Source of the DNA: an uncultured virus (IMG/VR IMGVR_UViG_3300030049_000016)
Taxonomy: Duplodnaviria; Heunggongvirae; Uroviricota; Caudoviricetes
Reading direction: 5' to 3' (one strand)
IMG/VR virus record: IMGVR_UViG_3300030049_000016
Length of the DNA stretch: 64,000 nt
Positions 9,549 to 19,976 of the stretch are shown here, in pieces; position 1 is the stretch's first letter, and the number at the start of each line of letters is the position of its first letter. The notes beneath the pieces were generated by a model that was not told the DNA's origin, searched no databases, and saw nothing but the letters and a program-made list of their open reading frames with translations. Made by a program: the position numbers and the translations under genes.

Positions 9549-10685
9549 ATGACATCCTCAAACATAAGAGGTATACCTTCTATGATTCAGACTGAGACAT
9601 ATGAAAACTTTATATCTAGATTATGTACAGTTTCAAAAAATGTAAGAGATGCTATTGAAAGTCAGTCTTATTTATTATCCCACGATCCAGATAGTGTTAC
9701 CGATGATGATATTTTGTATTATGCATTAGATATTATTCTAGATGATTTTAATCAATTAGGTATTGAATTCAATTGTAATAGAAATGATATGTTTTCTAAC
9801 GCTTTACATATTGAATTATTTATTACATTAGCTGAAATTACAAATGCTACCACTTTATATTTATCTATGAAAGATATGGATTTTAAAACAATTATACGAT
9901 CCATTCTTACAGATGGTGGCCCCGAAACATCAACAGTTGGCGATCTATTACATTTTGTTGGTGTCGTAAATGAAAAGACAAGAGAGACTTTATATAGTTG
10001 TTATGAATACCTTATTGATAAAGTATCATCATCTCAGATCTTTGATATGTATTTAGATGGTTTGTTAAAGATAGATGATAGTTCGATTGAATTTGAAATC
10101 GATAATGAATATGTTACTAGATTTATGAGAAGGACATATTCTGTCTCTAGACTTTATAATAGTTTGATTTCTGCTTTTAATATTCAATTTAGAAATAAAT
10201 TCGACATTGATATTCTCTATGTACTGGTCGAGATGCATATTAATTTTATAACATCAAAAGATAATGTTAATCAGTTTGCTTGGCTTGATGCGGTTACTAT
10301 AGATAAAGTCGGTGGTAATACTATTCTTATCAACGCCCTTATTACCAAATATCAATATACGTTGAATACACTATCTCCTTTATGTATTGGGTATTATAAG
10401 GATAAACCTACATTTAATAAACAAACTATATGTCTCATTATTCTATTATCTTCTATTGTAAATACAATCTATGAATTTTCACATATAAATAAAGAAACTT
10501 CTAAAGATGTATATATTAAAAATATTTTAGACAACTATAAAGAAAGAATTACAGAAGCTACTGAAAATAACATATTTACAAATGTATTAGAAATGTTGGA
10601 TATGAAATATGTAAATCAGATCATGGATATTGTTAGATTATTTGACTTTAGTACATTCTTTAGTGCACAGGAAAACATTAAATGA
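9549..10685 (+). CDS. Hypothetical protein (gp81 position)
   Basis: 378 aa ORF between the DNA polymerase and RNAP subunit genes. Confidence 0.7.
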   Translation: MTSSNIRGIPSMIQTETYENFISRLCTVSKNVRDAIESQSYLLSHDPDSVTDDDILYYALDIILDDFNQLGIEFNCNRNDMFSNALHIELFITLAEITNATTLYLSMKDMDFKTIIRSILTDGGPETSTVGDLLHFVGVVNEKTRETLYSCYEYLIDKVSSSQIFDMYLDGLLKIDDSSIEFEIDNEYVTRFMRRTYSVSRLYNSLISAFNIQFRNKFDIDILYVLVEMHINFITSKDNVNQFAWLDAVTIDKVGGNTILINALITKYQYTLNTLSPLCIGYYKDKPTFNKQTICLIILLSSIVNTIYEFSHINKETSKDVYIKNILDNYKERITEATENNIFTNVLEMLDMKYVNQIMDIVRLFDFSTFFSAQENIK

Positions 10686-12130
10686 TTAATACAGCCAAAC
10701 ATAATTTTATTTTAAACTATGTCAGAAACTTTCTTATATTAGATTTTCTTATTGATGTGTTTACGGAAAGTCAAAAGACTAAAGCAATAGTTATAGAAAA
10801 TGTTGGTTCTGATGGTAGTGTTAAAGTACAAGTAGAGGGAGACGATACATATCTGTATAAAGGAAAATTATTAAATGTATTAGGTCAACTTTATTATATA
10901 TTTTCATTTACAGAAAATAATGATTTTGAATCATTAATCGACAATAATGAAACTGATATAACATACGATCCTTATTACAATATGGGTATTTATAAGAATA
11001 AGAACATTAATAATATTATTTGCTATCCATTAAACATGACAGCGTCCGGTTTATTTTTTGGTTATGGTGATCATATTCTTATTACAAAAAATGATATTGT
11101 AAATGTACCAGATGGAGAACAAATAGAAACATCTATTGGTAGATTGCTTCTTAATTATGTATGGTTAGCAGATCCATTTGGTGATATTATTCCTTACATG
11201 AATAACACTATTCGCCCTAAAAAAGATATCGATCCCCTTATTGTTACATTACTGATTGAAGGTAAAATTAAAGTTGATCAGGCGTATGCTTACTCAAGAA
11301 ATCTTTATTATTTACAAAGAACCGAATTAGCAGTTCCTGCTTTTACTAAAAAATCTATTTGTATTAATCCTGCTATTATCAAGAGACGAGACGAACTCTT
11401 AATAGAATATGCCGAAGAGATTAAAAATGGTAATGCTATTGTTATGAATAAAATAGAAGAAGAACTTGTTAGAATGGACAAAGAAGATATTAGTACTGAC
11501 GTAAGTGCTGTCTTTTATGATCATGATAGTAAGTCATACGAAAATCACAGAAAAAATATGTTTATTACTGTTGGTGCTGTTAATAAGTTTGGTGATGAAT
11601 CTAACTATAACTTTATTGATAATAATATCGATGAAGGTTGGGACTTTAAGAATTTTGCTACTATCTGTAATGAAATTAGACGCGGTTCTTTTGGCCGAGC
11701 AAAAGAAACAGCTAAGGGTGGTGAAGAATCTAAATTTCTTATTCGTATTTTTCAGAATACAAGAATTATTGAAGATACCTGTGATTCTACTAGACACTTG
11801 ACTCTTGAATTAACTAAGGATAATATTAAAGATTATTATTATAGAAATGTATTATCTCAAGATAATAAAACATACGAAACCATATATCCTGAAAATGTAT
11901 CAAAGTTTGTTAATAGAACTATTAAGATGAGATCTCCCCAGACATGCTCTACTAAAAATGGTTATTGTTATTCTTGCTGTGGTGAAGACTTTAGACAGAT
12001 GAATCAAGAAATTATGACTATGAATGCTATTACTGTCGGTACTGAATTCCTTAATCTATCAATGAAGGCTATGCATCAAGCATCGCTTGGATTATTTGAA
12101 GTAACATCTGTTAATAAATACCTATATTAG
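10682..12130 (+). CDS. Virion RNA polymerase beta-prime subunit part (gp80-like)
   Basis: TSIGRLLLN, bridge helix ETAKGGEESK, Zn site C..RSPQTC...CYSCCG, trigger-loop start MKAMH. Confidence 0.85.
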   Translation: MINTAKHNFILNYVRNFLILDFLIDVFTESQKTKAIVIENVGSDGSVKVQVEGDDTYLYKGKLLNVLGQLYYIFSFTENNDFESLIDNNETDITYDPYYNMGIYKNKNINNIICYPLNMTASGLFFGYGDHILITKNDIVNVPDGEQIETSIGRLLLNYVWLADPFGDIIPYMNNTIRPKKDIDPLIVTLLIEGKIKVDQAYAYSRNLYYLQRTELAVPAFTKKSICINPAIIKRRDELLIEYAEEIKNGNAIVMNKIEEELVRMDKEDISTDVSAVFYDHDSKSYENHRKNMFITVGAVNKFGDESNYNFIDNNIDEGWDFKNFATICNEIRRGSFGRAKETAKGGEESKFLIRIFQNTRIIEDTCDSTRHLTLELTKDNIKDYYYRNVLSQDNKTYETIYPENVSKFVNRTIKMRSPQTCSTKNGYCYSCCGEDFRQMNQEIMTMNAITVGTEFLNLSMKAMHQASLGLFEVTSVNKYLY

Positions 12131-12180
12131 AAAAATAATCTTATAGTAACACGAAACCAACAAAGAGAAAGATCAGAAAT

Positions 12181-13005
12181 ATGTCTAAATTTGCTACATA
12201 TGACAAAAACTCCAACTCGTCATCTGCTGCTGCTGGTTTGACTACAACACAGGTCAGCACACTGACAACGACTCAACTCGATTCTTTATCGACATCGCAG
12301 ATAAATAATCTGACTACCACACAAGTTGTTGCTTTGGAATCTACACAGATTTCTGAGCTTATTTCAACAGATATTCAGTTATTAACTTCTACTGATATAA
12401 GCACTTTAACAACAACTCAGATTGATACTCTTGATACTACGCAGATCAATACATTGACTACAACACAGGTTGGTGAATTAATAACAACCAACATTCAGCA
12501 GTTACAGACTTCTCAAATTGCTGCCATTGTTGATAATCAGGTTACTGCTATCATTGATGAAGTTCTTGACAATACCAGTACTATTAATACTATTGTTACT
12601 GATCCCAATGATACATCAGTTGCTATTATCAATCATTATCTTGAACTCTATGTTCCTATTGCTAAAGACGCTTTTGATCCTACTGGCTCCAAAATGAGAA
12701 ATGCTGTTACTAATTTATTGTATGCTATGAACGAAGCTCTTCGTGTCAATAATGATATTGTTTATAATGCTATTTTCAATTTCGTCAATGAACACAAAGA
12801 TGGTATTATGGCACATGGTAGTTCAATGCGTGGTGTTCAGGGTCTTGGACGAACTGATATCGATCGTATTACTATTTTCTATGGTTTAATACATCGCATT
12901 GCTACTGATGGTAAGAATACTCCTAAGTTTAACGAACAGAATATTAAAAACATTCTTAAGACGGATTATTTTATTCGGTGGGCTAAGAAGAAAATTAATA
13001 AGTAA
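12181..13005 (+). CDS. gp79-position protein with N-terminal LTTTQ octapeptide repeats
   Basis: Twelve 8-aa repeats followed by a helical domain. Confidence 0.7.
   Translation: MSKFATYDKNSNSSSAAAGLTTTQVSTLTTTQLDSLSTSQINNLTTTQVVALESTQISELISTDIQLLTSTDISTLTTTQIDTLDTTQINTLTTTQVGELITTNIQQLQTSQIAAIVDNQVTAIIDEVLDNTSTINTIVTDPNDTSVAIINHYLELYVPIAKDAFDPTGSKMRNAVTNLLYAMNEALRVNNDIVYNAIFNFVNEHKDGIMAHGSSMRGVQGLGRTDIDRITIFYGLIHRIATDGKNTPKFNEQNIKNILKTDYFIRWAKKKINK
12238..12525 (+). repeat. 12 x 24-nt coding repeat (LTTTQxxx)
   Basis: LTTTQVST LTTTQLDS LSTSQINN LTTTQVVA ... LQTSQIAA. Confidence 0.9.
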
Positions 13006-13013
13006 TCATAAGG

Positions 13014-13047
13014 TCTACACGGTAGGGCATAAGCCCTACCGTGTAGA
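13014..13047. terminator. Bidirectional hairpin between convergent genes
   Basis: tctacacggtagggc-ataa-gccctaccgtgtaga. Confidence 0.8.
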
Positions 13048-13055
13048 TATTAAAA

Positions 13056-13529
13056 TTATGACATATCTTTTGAATCAGTTCTTTTTTCAAAATCTTTAAT
13101 AGTACTTGCCATTTCTGCATTGTTATTTTTTAATTGATCCATAGATGCTGTTAACTCAGAGTCTTTACTAGCATTATCAACACCGACACCATCGTGTAAT
13201 GTAAAGTTTCCAAGTTGCATTTTATTGAGGACCTCCACAACAGCTGCACTGGCACTAGAAGTTGATTCTGAATCCTTCTGTTTAATTTTGGTACCAACTT
13301 TATCTTTAATAGCTTTTTCTTGAGATTCAACAACACCGACATATGTATTAACGAGAGAAATTTGAGCAGTTAATAACTCCGAATTTCCATTAGGATTAAT
13401 TTCTATTTTATCCATAGCTTTGTCTAAAATTTCTAATGCTTTACTTTTCTTTTTTTCACCACTATCATAAATTATATCTAACTTAATAAGGTCTTCATCT
13501 ACTGATCTAGACTTAATTTCTTCGGTCAT
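13056..13529 (-). CDS. Hypothetical helical protein (gp77-like position)
   Basis: 157 aa ORF with GGGGA SD. Confidence 0.65.
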   Translation of the reverse strand: MTEEIKSRSVDEDLIKLDIIYDSGEKKKSKALEILDKAMDKIEINPNGNSELLTAQISLVNTYVGVVESQEKAIKDKVGTKIKQKDSESTSSASAAVVEVLNKMQLGNFTLHDGVGVDNASKDSELTASMDQLKNNNAEMASTIKDFEKRTDSKDMS

Positions 13530-13666
13530 GTACTATCCCCAGTGTAAATTGTTTAAAGTTAAAATTATACTTAATAGTATAAACTATCAAGGGTGGAACT
13601 ATATAATATTTTTATATGGATTTTATCTATATATTATTAAAGAGAAGCACAAGGAAGATTAAGAGC

Positions 13667-16186
13667 ATGAGCGACAACAAACCGGTACGTTCATATACTG
13701 CTAAAAATATTATTACAGCTGGCGGACTTCTCCCTGTTAGGTTAACACCGACTCAGTTTATTACACATCTTAATACAAAAGGACAATTGCATCTTATTGG
13801 TGAACTAACATCTAATGCATTCGATGAGCATTTCTTGAAGTTTATCGATCATGGCGAACGCCCGCCTCTTACTATTGTTCTTATTAAAGATATTAAGAAT
13901 GAAACATATCAGATGATTATTAAAGACAATGGTCGTGGTATTCCTATCGAATCTTTGTTTGATAGTATTTGTGTTCTTCATACGTCTGGCAAATTCGATA
14001 TCGAAGGTAATGCTACAACATATGCTTCTACTGGTGGTCAGTTCGGTATTGGTGCTAAAGCTGCTACTGGCGCTAGTAAAGATTTTAAAGGTATTACCAT
14101 GACAGAAGATGGATATGCTTCTGTCTATGCACATCAAGGTAATCCTGATCAAATCATTATAGATAAATCTGTAAAGCCAAAAGAAAGTGGTTATTGTACT
14201 ATCTTTGAATTTGATAAATTAATTTTAAGTGAAATTAATACTTTTAGTTCTACTGGTTATTTAGAACTGTTATTTAAGTTGAGAGCACTGGGATACTTTA
14301 AAACAAATAACATTATCTTTAAGAGTATTATTAATTCCGTCCCTAATAATTTCTGGAAAAAAGGTCCTGTCGAATCTATGGCATATATTGATTCTATTAT
14401 TAATAAAGCCACTACTGAATATTCATCACTCGATGACACAGATACCATTAGTTATTTAAGATCATATTTAAATATTAATCGTCCTTTTGTTTGGGAACTA
14501 AAGTTAGATGCTAAGGATGGCGATTCTTATATGTTTAATATTGAAATGTATTATACTAAAATGAATGATAAAAGTAAGTTCTTATCATTTGTAAATAATA
14601 TTCAAATCGATGATAATGAAAGCACACACAATTCTACTATAGAAAAAGTATTAAAGAAAATTATGGGACCGATGATACTGGATGAAGCTATTAAGAAATT
14701 CTTTATGTCTAATATGTATACCATACCACTTTATTATGCTATCAATATGTTTGTTAAGTATGCTAAACTTGCCGGTAGTACTAAGCATGGTTACTATGAT
14801 GATAACTTTGAAAAAGTATATACCAAAGTACTTCATGAACTATTTCAACAAAATATAGAAAAGGTTAATACATTATTCTCACTTATTAAAGACGATGTTG
14901 AACGCCTGTACAATATTAGTATTCTTGGTAAAACAGAACGTCCTAGAACATCTGCTCGATTTTATGAGAATCTAAATTTTCCTAATAAGTTTGTGAACTG
15001 TATGGAACCAGGTCATCCTGATTCTGAATTAATTTTGGTTGAGGGCGATTCTGCTAAAAATGTCGAAGGTCGTAATAGTAAATACCAAGCTATTTATGCA
15101 TTACGTGGCGTTCCTATGAATGCTTTAAAATTAATGCGAAATCAACCTGGCGATCCTAGTGCTTTTAGAAGTCCTGAGATTCTTAAGAAACTAAAAGCAA
15201 ATGATATCTTTTATGACATTATGACTATTTTAAATATTGATCTTCATAACTTCGATGTTACAAAACTTAATTTTCGTAAAATTATTATTGCAACAGATGC
15301 TGATGAACATGGCTACCATATCGCTTCTTTGTTAATTGGTAACCTATATGCAATGTGTCCTAAACTCATTGAGACTGGTATGGTTCATGTGGCTATGCCT
15401 CCTCTTTATGGTTTGAAATATAAAGGTGATAAGTCTACTAAAGATAAAATTATTTATTTGCGAGACAGTGATGCTGTTACAGAATGGATGGCTAATGTTA
15501 TTTATAGAGAAGCTCTTTCAATTTCATATGATTTCAAGGGAAAACGATATACATTTACTGATGTTGATTATATTGGATCTATTAAGAAGATTATGGATAT
15601 TGGAAACATGATGCAGAATATTTCTAATGAACTCAATATTGATCTACAGATCCTTGAAATGTTAACGCATGTTACAAAATATTTAGAATATGGTTGTGTC
15701 GATGTGAATAAAATTAAAGAAATATTATCAATCGATAATACGATGGAATCTATCAATATTCATTATCATGAAAAGACACATAATCTTATTTTTGAAATTG
15801 GTAGAGAAGATATCTCTATTCCTCTTTATAATGTCAGAGAACGTTTATATGAATCTATTCTTCCTGTTTTGAATGAAATTGGTTGGAAAGAAGGTTTACA
15901 GTTTTATGTGACGACAAATCACAATCCTAATTATATCGATTATCCTGTTTCTATTATGCAACTTTATACTATTCTTAAATCATTTGATAAATATGTTGAA
16001 TTAGAGAGATATAAAGGTCTTGGTAGTATGAATCCTTCTGACCTTGGTCGTATCTATAGTAATCCGAACAGTCGTCGTATTTTCCAAATAACATCTGTTG
16101 GAAGTATAAATGATATTTACAATATGTTAGGAGGTCAGAGTGATACACGTAAGGACATTTTTAACAAGCCTGAAGCTCAGTACTGA
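13667..16186 (+). CDS. gyrB: Type IIA topoisomerase/gyrase subunit B
   Basis: GHKL motifs ELTSNAFDE, DNGRGIP, LHTSGKF; TOPRIM EGDSA, LRG, DADEHG; RYKGLGSM. Confidence 0.92.
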   Translation: MSDNKPVRSYTAKNIITAGGLLPVRLTPTQFITHLNTKGQLHLIGELTSNAFDEHFLKFIDHGERPPLTIVLIKDIKNETYQMIIKDNGRGIPIESLFDSICVLHTSGKFDIEGNATTYASTGGQFGIGAKAATGASKDFKGITMTEDGYASVYAHQGNPDQIIIDKSVKPKESGYCTIFEFDKLILSEINTFSSTGYLELLFKLRALGYFKTNNIIFKSIINSVPNNFWKKGPVESMAYIDSIINKATTEYSSLDDTDTISYLRSYLNINRPFVWELKLDAKDGDSYMFNIEMYYTKMNDKSKFLSFVNNIQIDDNESTHNSTIEKVLKKIMGPMILDEAIKKFFMSNMYTIPLYYAINMFVKYAKLAGSTKHGYYDDNFEKVYTKVLHELFQQNIEKVNTLFSLIKDDVERLYNISILGKTERPRTSARFYENLNFPNKFVNCMEPGHPDSELILVEGDSAKNVEGRNSKYQAIYALRGVPMNALKLMRNQPGDPSAFRSPEILKKLKANDIFYDIMTILNIDLHNFDVTKLNFRKIIIATDADEHGYHIASLLIGNLYAMCPKLIETGMVHVAMPPLYGLKYKGDKSTKDKIIYLRDSDAVTEWMANVIYREALSISYDFKGKRYTFTDVDYIGSIKKIMDIGNMMQNISNELNIDLQILEMLTHVTKYLEYGCVDVNKIKEILSIDNTMESINIHYHEKTHNLIFEIGREDISIPLYNVRERLYESILPVLNEIGWKEGLQFYVTTNHNPNYIDYPVSIMQLYTILKSFDKYVELERYKGLGSMNPSDLGRIYSNPNSRRIFQITSVGSINDIYNMLGGQSDTRKDIFNKPEAQY

Positions 16187-17150
16187 TAATAATTGTAATA
16201 TTAATGAACAGGAATGTACAGAAATAATAGATAATGACATTACTGGTATTCTTAATAAACTGAATAATGGAAATTATTTAAACATGGAAGCCAATGATAA
16301 AGAGATGTTGGATTGTATTCAACATCTCTTTAAAGATGATAAGTTCTTTAAAAAATATGATCTTAAATATGAAGAATCACATTTAGAAAATTATGAATTT
16401 AATAAGAGTTTAAGATACAATTTACGATTAGAGAAACTTATAACTGAATTATATGTTGGAGAAACGCAACGAACTTCTTTAAGCCATATTGTTAGAGCTC
16501 TAGAGAAAAATAATAGTACTCGTACATCATTAATTAATATGATCTATGTTCTACGAGAAGCTAGTACTGTACTTCATCAATATCCCGATATTGTTAATAT
16601 TCCTAAGATAAGCGAAATCACTAGATTAGATAATGAGAATATTTTAATACGGAATAATTTTAGAAAAAGTAGACCAACTGGAAAGATTAATGAAATCATT
16701 CATATTAAAAGATCTGATAGGCAATCAACTATTAAAGAAATATTAAATTGTTTGATTTTATTGTTCTATACATCTTCTAGATTTACTATTGAAGATTTTA
16801 GTTTAAATGTGAAAATACGAGCACTTATACTAGAATACATTTCTGTTATAAGAGCAAACAATTATAATAATGTCAATATACATGCACATCGATATATCGT
16901 AAGATTGTTAAATCTCATTAATGTTGAATATAAAGATAATGTAGAACAAGATAAAATGAGTTATGAAGATTTTGAAAAATATATATTTAATACTATTTTA
17001 ATATCTACAAATATTATATATAAAACATTCTTAGTTTTCATATTTGGACAGTTTTATTTACATACGGATGAAGAAACATTTAGAAAAGATTGGTGTTTGT
17101 TAGATCAGTCACTAGTTGATTATAGTACTAGATATATATTACTTAAGTGA
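16140..17150 (+). CDS. Hypothetical protein (start uncertain)
   Basis: 336 aa ORF following gyrB. Confidence 0.6.
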   Translation: MIHVRTFLTSLKLSTDNNCNINEQECTEIIDNDITGILNKLNNGNYLNMEANDKEMLDCIQHLFKDDKFFKKYDLKYEESHLENYEFNKSLRYNLRLEKLITELYVGETQRTSLSHIVRALEKNNSTRTSLINMIYVLREASTVLHQYPDIVNIPKISEITRLDNENILIRNNFRKSRPTGKINEIIHIKRSDRQSTIKEILNCLILLFYTSSRFTIEDFSLNVKIRALILEYISVIRANNYNNVNIHAHRYIVRLLNLINVEYKDNVEQDKMSYEDFEKYIFNTILISTNIIYKTFLVFIFGQFYLHTDEETFRKDWCLLDQSLVDYSTRYILLK

Positions 17151-17180
17151 AACAAGTTTACTTCTTAAGTAAACAAACTT
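17130..17180 (+). promoter_or_regulatory. Early promoter plus leader hairpin
   Basis: 17130-17170 is identical (41 nt) to 63113-63153. Confidence 0.75.
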
Positions 17181-17213
17181 AAACTGACAGCAGATTCCGA
17201 AGGACCACACCGG

Positions 17214-17639
17214 ATGCGCCTTTTTATCCTGAAAAGAGAAGTGGTTGGTACTAGCCATTATCTCGGTCGCATAGTGCGACTACTCTTCTACTGCCTCCGT
17301 GTTTCTAATGAAGATTATGTCAAGTCTTATTTTAATTATGGTGAATCTCTTGGTTGGCAGAATGATGCTATTATTCAACAGAAGAACAATCATGGAAAAT
17401 GTCTAAAAAACCCGAATGGTCAAATTACCTTTCCGAAGGCTATTTTCACTATTGTTAGCATTTTAAATCTTCGTATCAAGGACATTACATTTACTCTTGA
17501 GAAATCGGATGGTACTGAATTTGTTGTTTCTTATAATGACAAAATAGAGGATCTGGAAAAGAGACTCAATGCGCCTCCGGCTCCTGAAGATCCCGCAGAA
17601 GAACAAAATCCAACCTATGGCAATAATCGACTTTTATAA
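17214..17639 (+). CDS. Hypothetical early protein
   Basis: AAGGA SD, own early promoter and terminator. Confidence 0.7.
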   Translation: MRLFILKREVVGTSHYLGRIVRLLFYCLRVSNEDYVKSYFNYGESLGWQNDAIIQQKNNHGKCLKNPNGQITFPKAIFTIVSILNLRIKDITFTLEKSDGTEFVVSYNDKIEDLEKRLNAPPAPEDPAEEQNPTYGNNRLL

Positions 17640-17654
17640 GACATAATGACATAT

Positions 17655-17684
17655 ATGGAAGAGCACCTATAGGTGCTCTTCCAT
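17655..17684. terminator. Palindromic hairpin
   Basis: atggaagagcacctataggtgctcttccat, perfect palindrome. Confidence 0.75.
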
Positions 17685-17745
17685 TATGTTTTTACTACTT
17701 TTGAGTATTATATAATCCAACATACATTAGGGAAAAGTAGATCGA

Positions 17746-19908
17746 ATGGAAGACATTTCCGCATCTGATACTATTCTCGATTTTACTAAAAAGTTTGGAA
17801 CTGGATTAATTGATAAAACATTTCCTAATAAATTTGATGGACTCAAAGACGGCCAGCGTCGTATCTTTTGGTCGTTGAGAAATGATATGAATGATATTAT
17901 TCCGAGTAGTCAATTAATTGCAAGTACTATTAAATATCATCCACACGGTGATGCTACTATTTATGAAACTGCTGTTAGACTAGCACAGAATTTTAATTGT
18001 AATCCTCCACTTATTGCATTTGAATCTTCCGTGGGTACTTATTCAAATCCTATACCTGCCAAAGGTCGATATACAAAATCAAGAATACCCGATTATACAA
18101 AAGATCTTTTTTACAAATCAATTGATATTAATACTTTACCGAAAAGATTATCCGATACCCATAGTGGTTATGAAGTTGAGTATTATATTCCTACTATTCC
18201 TTTGGCTTTGTATTTTGGAAGTGACTCTATTGGATTTGGTTATAATAGCGAAATCATGTCTAGGAACTTAGGTGATATTTGTGATATCGTTATTGCATAT
18301 GCAAACCATAGAAAGAATAGTCCTATATCACCATTTGATTATACTAAGATTGTAGAATTGTTCTTACCGGATACTCCTATTGACAATATACTTATTAATA
18401 GAGAAGAACTTATTGAAAAATACAAACATGGTATGTTTAATGCACAATCTATTATTAGTGGTACTGTAAAACTGTGCAGTAATAAAATCATTATTTATAC
18501 CCTTCCATATGGAACTCCTTATGGTTCTATTATGGAAACTATGTTAGCATTAATGAAAGTTAAAAATGGTTGGTATGATCGTAATATTGAAAGAATCACA
18601 GATAATTCATCAGAAAGAAATATTGGTAATCTTGTCATTGAGTTAAAGCCAAATAGAAATGTATTTGAAGCATGGTCAATGATCTCTAAGAAAATATCAT
18701 TTACAGGATCATTAAATCCAAATAATCATTTCTCTGAATATGGTTCTATTTTGAAAATAAGCCCCATTGCATTATTACGATATTGGTATGAAGCACGGTG
18801 TAACATTCTTATTTCTTCTAAGAAATATAAAATCTCTAAATTAACGACAGAATTGCGACAGCTTAATGCATTATTACTTATTTGTGACCATACCGATGAA
18901 GTTATCAAAATCATTAAAAATAACAATACCATAGAAGCTATTAAACTCTTTAGAAGTAAATTTCAGTTAACGACGTATCAGGCTTATTATATCCATAAAG
19001 CTCCTCTTAATACATTAGGAAAAGATTCAAAAGAAGAACTTCTTAATGCATTAAGAATCACAGAAAACAATATCGAAAAGATACTAACATCATTTAAAAA
19101 TATTGATAATGAAATAGCTGAAGAAGCGCAATATATGAAAGATAAATATACTGTAAAAAGAAAATGTATTAGTCATAAATTTATTGGATATGTGAAAGTT
19201 GATGGTGGAAATATTCAGTTTGAGAATACAAAAGAAATTTATGATATTCTAAATGACTTTCCTAAATCTCGTATTGAAATTTATACGTATAACGGATCTC
19301 ATATGTTTCATGTCAATGCTCAAGAAAAGATAAATGAAAATATAACAATTAAATATACTGATGGTGATCATTATTCATTACCGACAAATTCTATTTACAC
19401 TATAAATATTGCAGATGGTGCAGCATGTTGTGTTAAGGGATTTCAGCCAGGATTCAGAAGTAGTGGATATTTTTACACTTCTCATACTGCAAAGATGATC
19501 TGTAAAGATGGTACTATCTTAACTGGAAAGATCGATGATCATATTTCTTTAAAGAAGACTATTTGTAGAGGTGCAAATACTGATATCATATATGTTTATC
19601 CAGAAAATAAGAATGATCATTTTATTATTTCGATGAATGATGATCTAGAATTAACAAATACTGTTACTATTCAAAGGATCAGACCTACAACTACTAAAAT
19701 ACAGATGAGAATGAAAGGTAAAAATTATATTACTCATTCTAACATAAGTAAAGATGTTTTCTTTAATTTGTTCTCTCAGTGTATCAATAGAACCTCTGCA
19801 CGAATCATTGTGTTCAAAGATCTCAACAAACTCATGGAAGATAAAGATGTTTTTAGGATAGATATAAACACTATGAAGAAATATAATAAACTTATCGAAG
19901 TTATCTAG
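17746..19908 (+). CDS. gyrA: Type IIA topoisomerase/gyrase subunit A
   Basis: DGLKDGQRRI, YHPHGD, catalytic RYT motif, IIIYTLPY. Confidence 0.9.
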   Translation: MEDISASDTILDFTKKFGTGLIDKTFPNKFDGLKDGQRRIFWSLRNDMNDIIPSSQLIASTIKYHPHGDATIYETAVRLAQNFNCNPPLIAFESSVGTYSNPIPAKGRYTKSRIPDYTKDLFYKSIDINTLPKRLSDTHSGYEVEYYIPTIPLALYFGSDSIGFGYNSEIMSRNLGDICDIVIAYANHRKNSPISPFDYTKIVELFLPDTPIDNILINREELIEKYKHGMFNAQSIISGTVKLCSNKIIIYTLPYGTPYGSIMETMLALMKVKNGWYDRNIERITDNSSERNIGNLVIELKPNRNVFEAWSMISKKISFTGSLNPNNHFSEYGSILKISPIALLRYWYEARCNILISSKKYKISKLTTELRQLNALLLICDHTDEVIKIIKNNNTIEAIKLFRSKFQLTTYQAYYIHKAPLNTLGKDSKEELLNALRITENNIEKILTSFKNIDNEIAEEAQYMKDKYTVKRKCISHKFIGYVKVDGGNIQFENTKEIYDILNDFPKSRIEIYTYNGSHMFHVNAQEKINENITIKYTDGDHYSLPTNSIYTINIADGAACCVKGFQPGFRSSGYFYTSHTAKMICKDGTILTGKIDDHISLKKTICRGANTDIIYVYPENKNDHFIISMNDDLELTNTVTIQRIRPTTTKIQMRMKGKNYITHSNISKDVFFNLFSQCINRTSARIIVFKDLNKLMEDKDVFRIDINTMKKYNKLIEVI

Positions 19909-19915
19909 ATGACAT

Positions 19916-19955
19916 GTGAAGGAGACAGTCACATATATGTGACTGTCTCCTTCAC
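19916..19955. terminator. 40-bp perfect palindrome
   Basis: gtgaaggagacagtcacatatatgtgactgtctccttcac. Confidence 0.75.
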
Positions 19956-19976
19956 GAACACGAAAGGGAAAAACAA

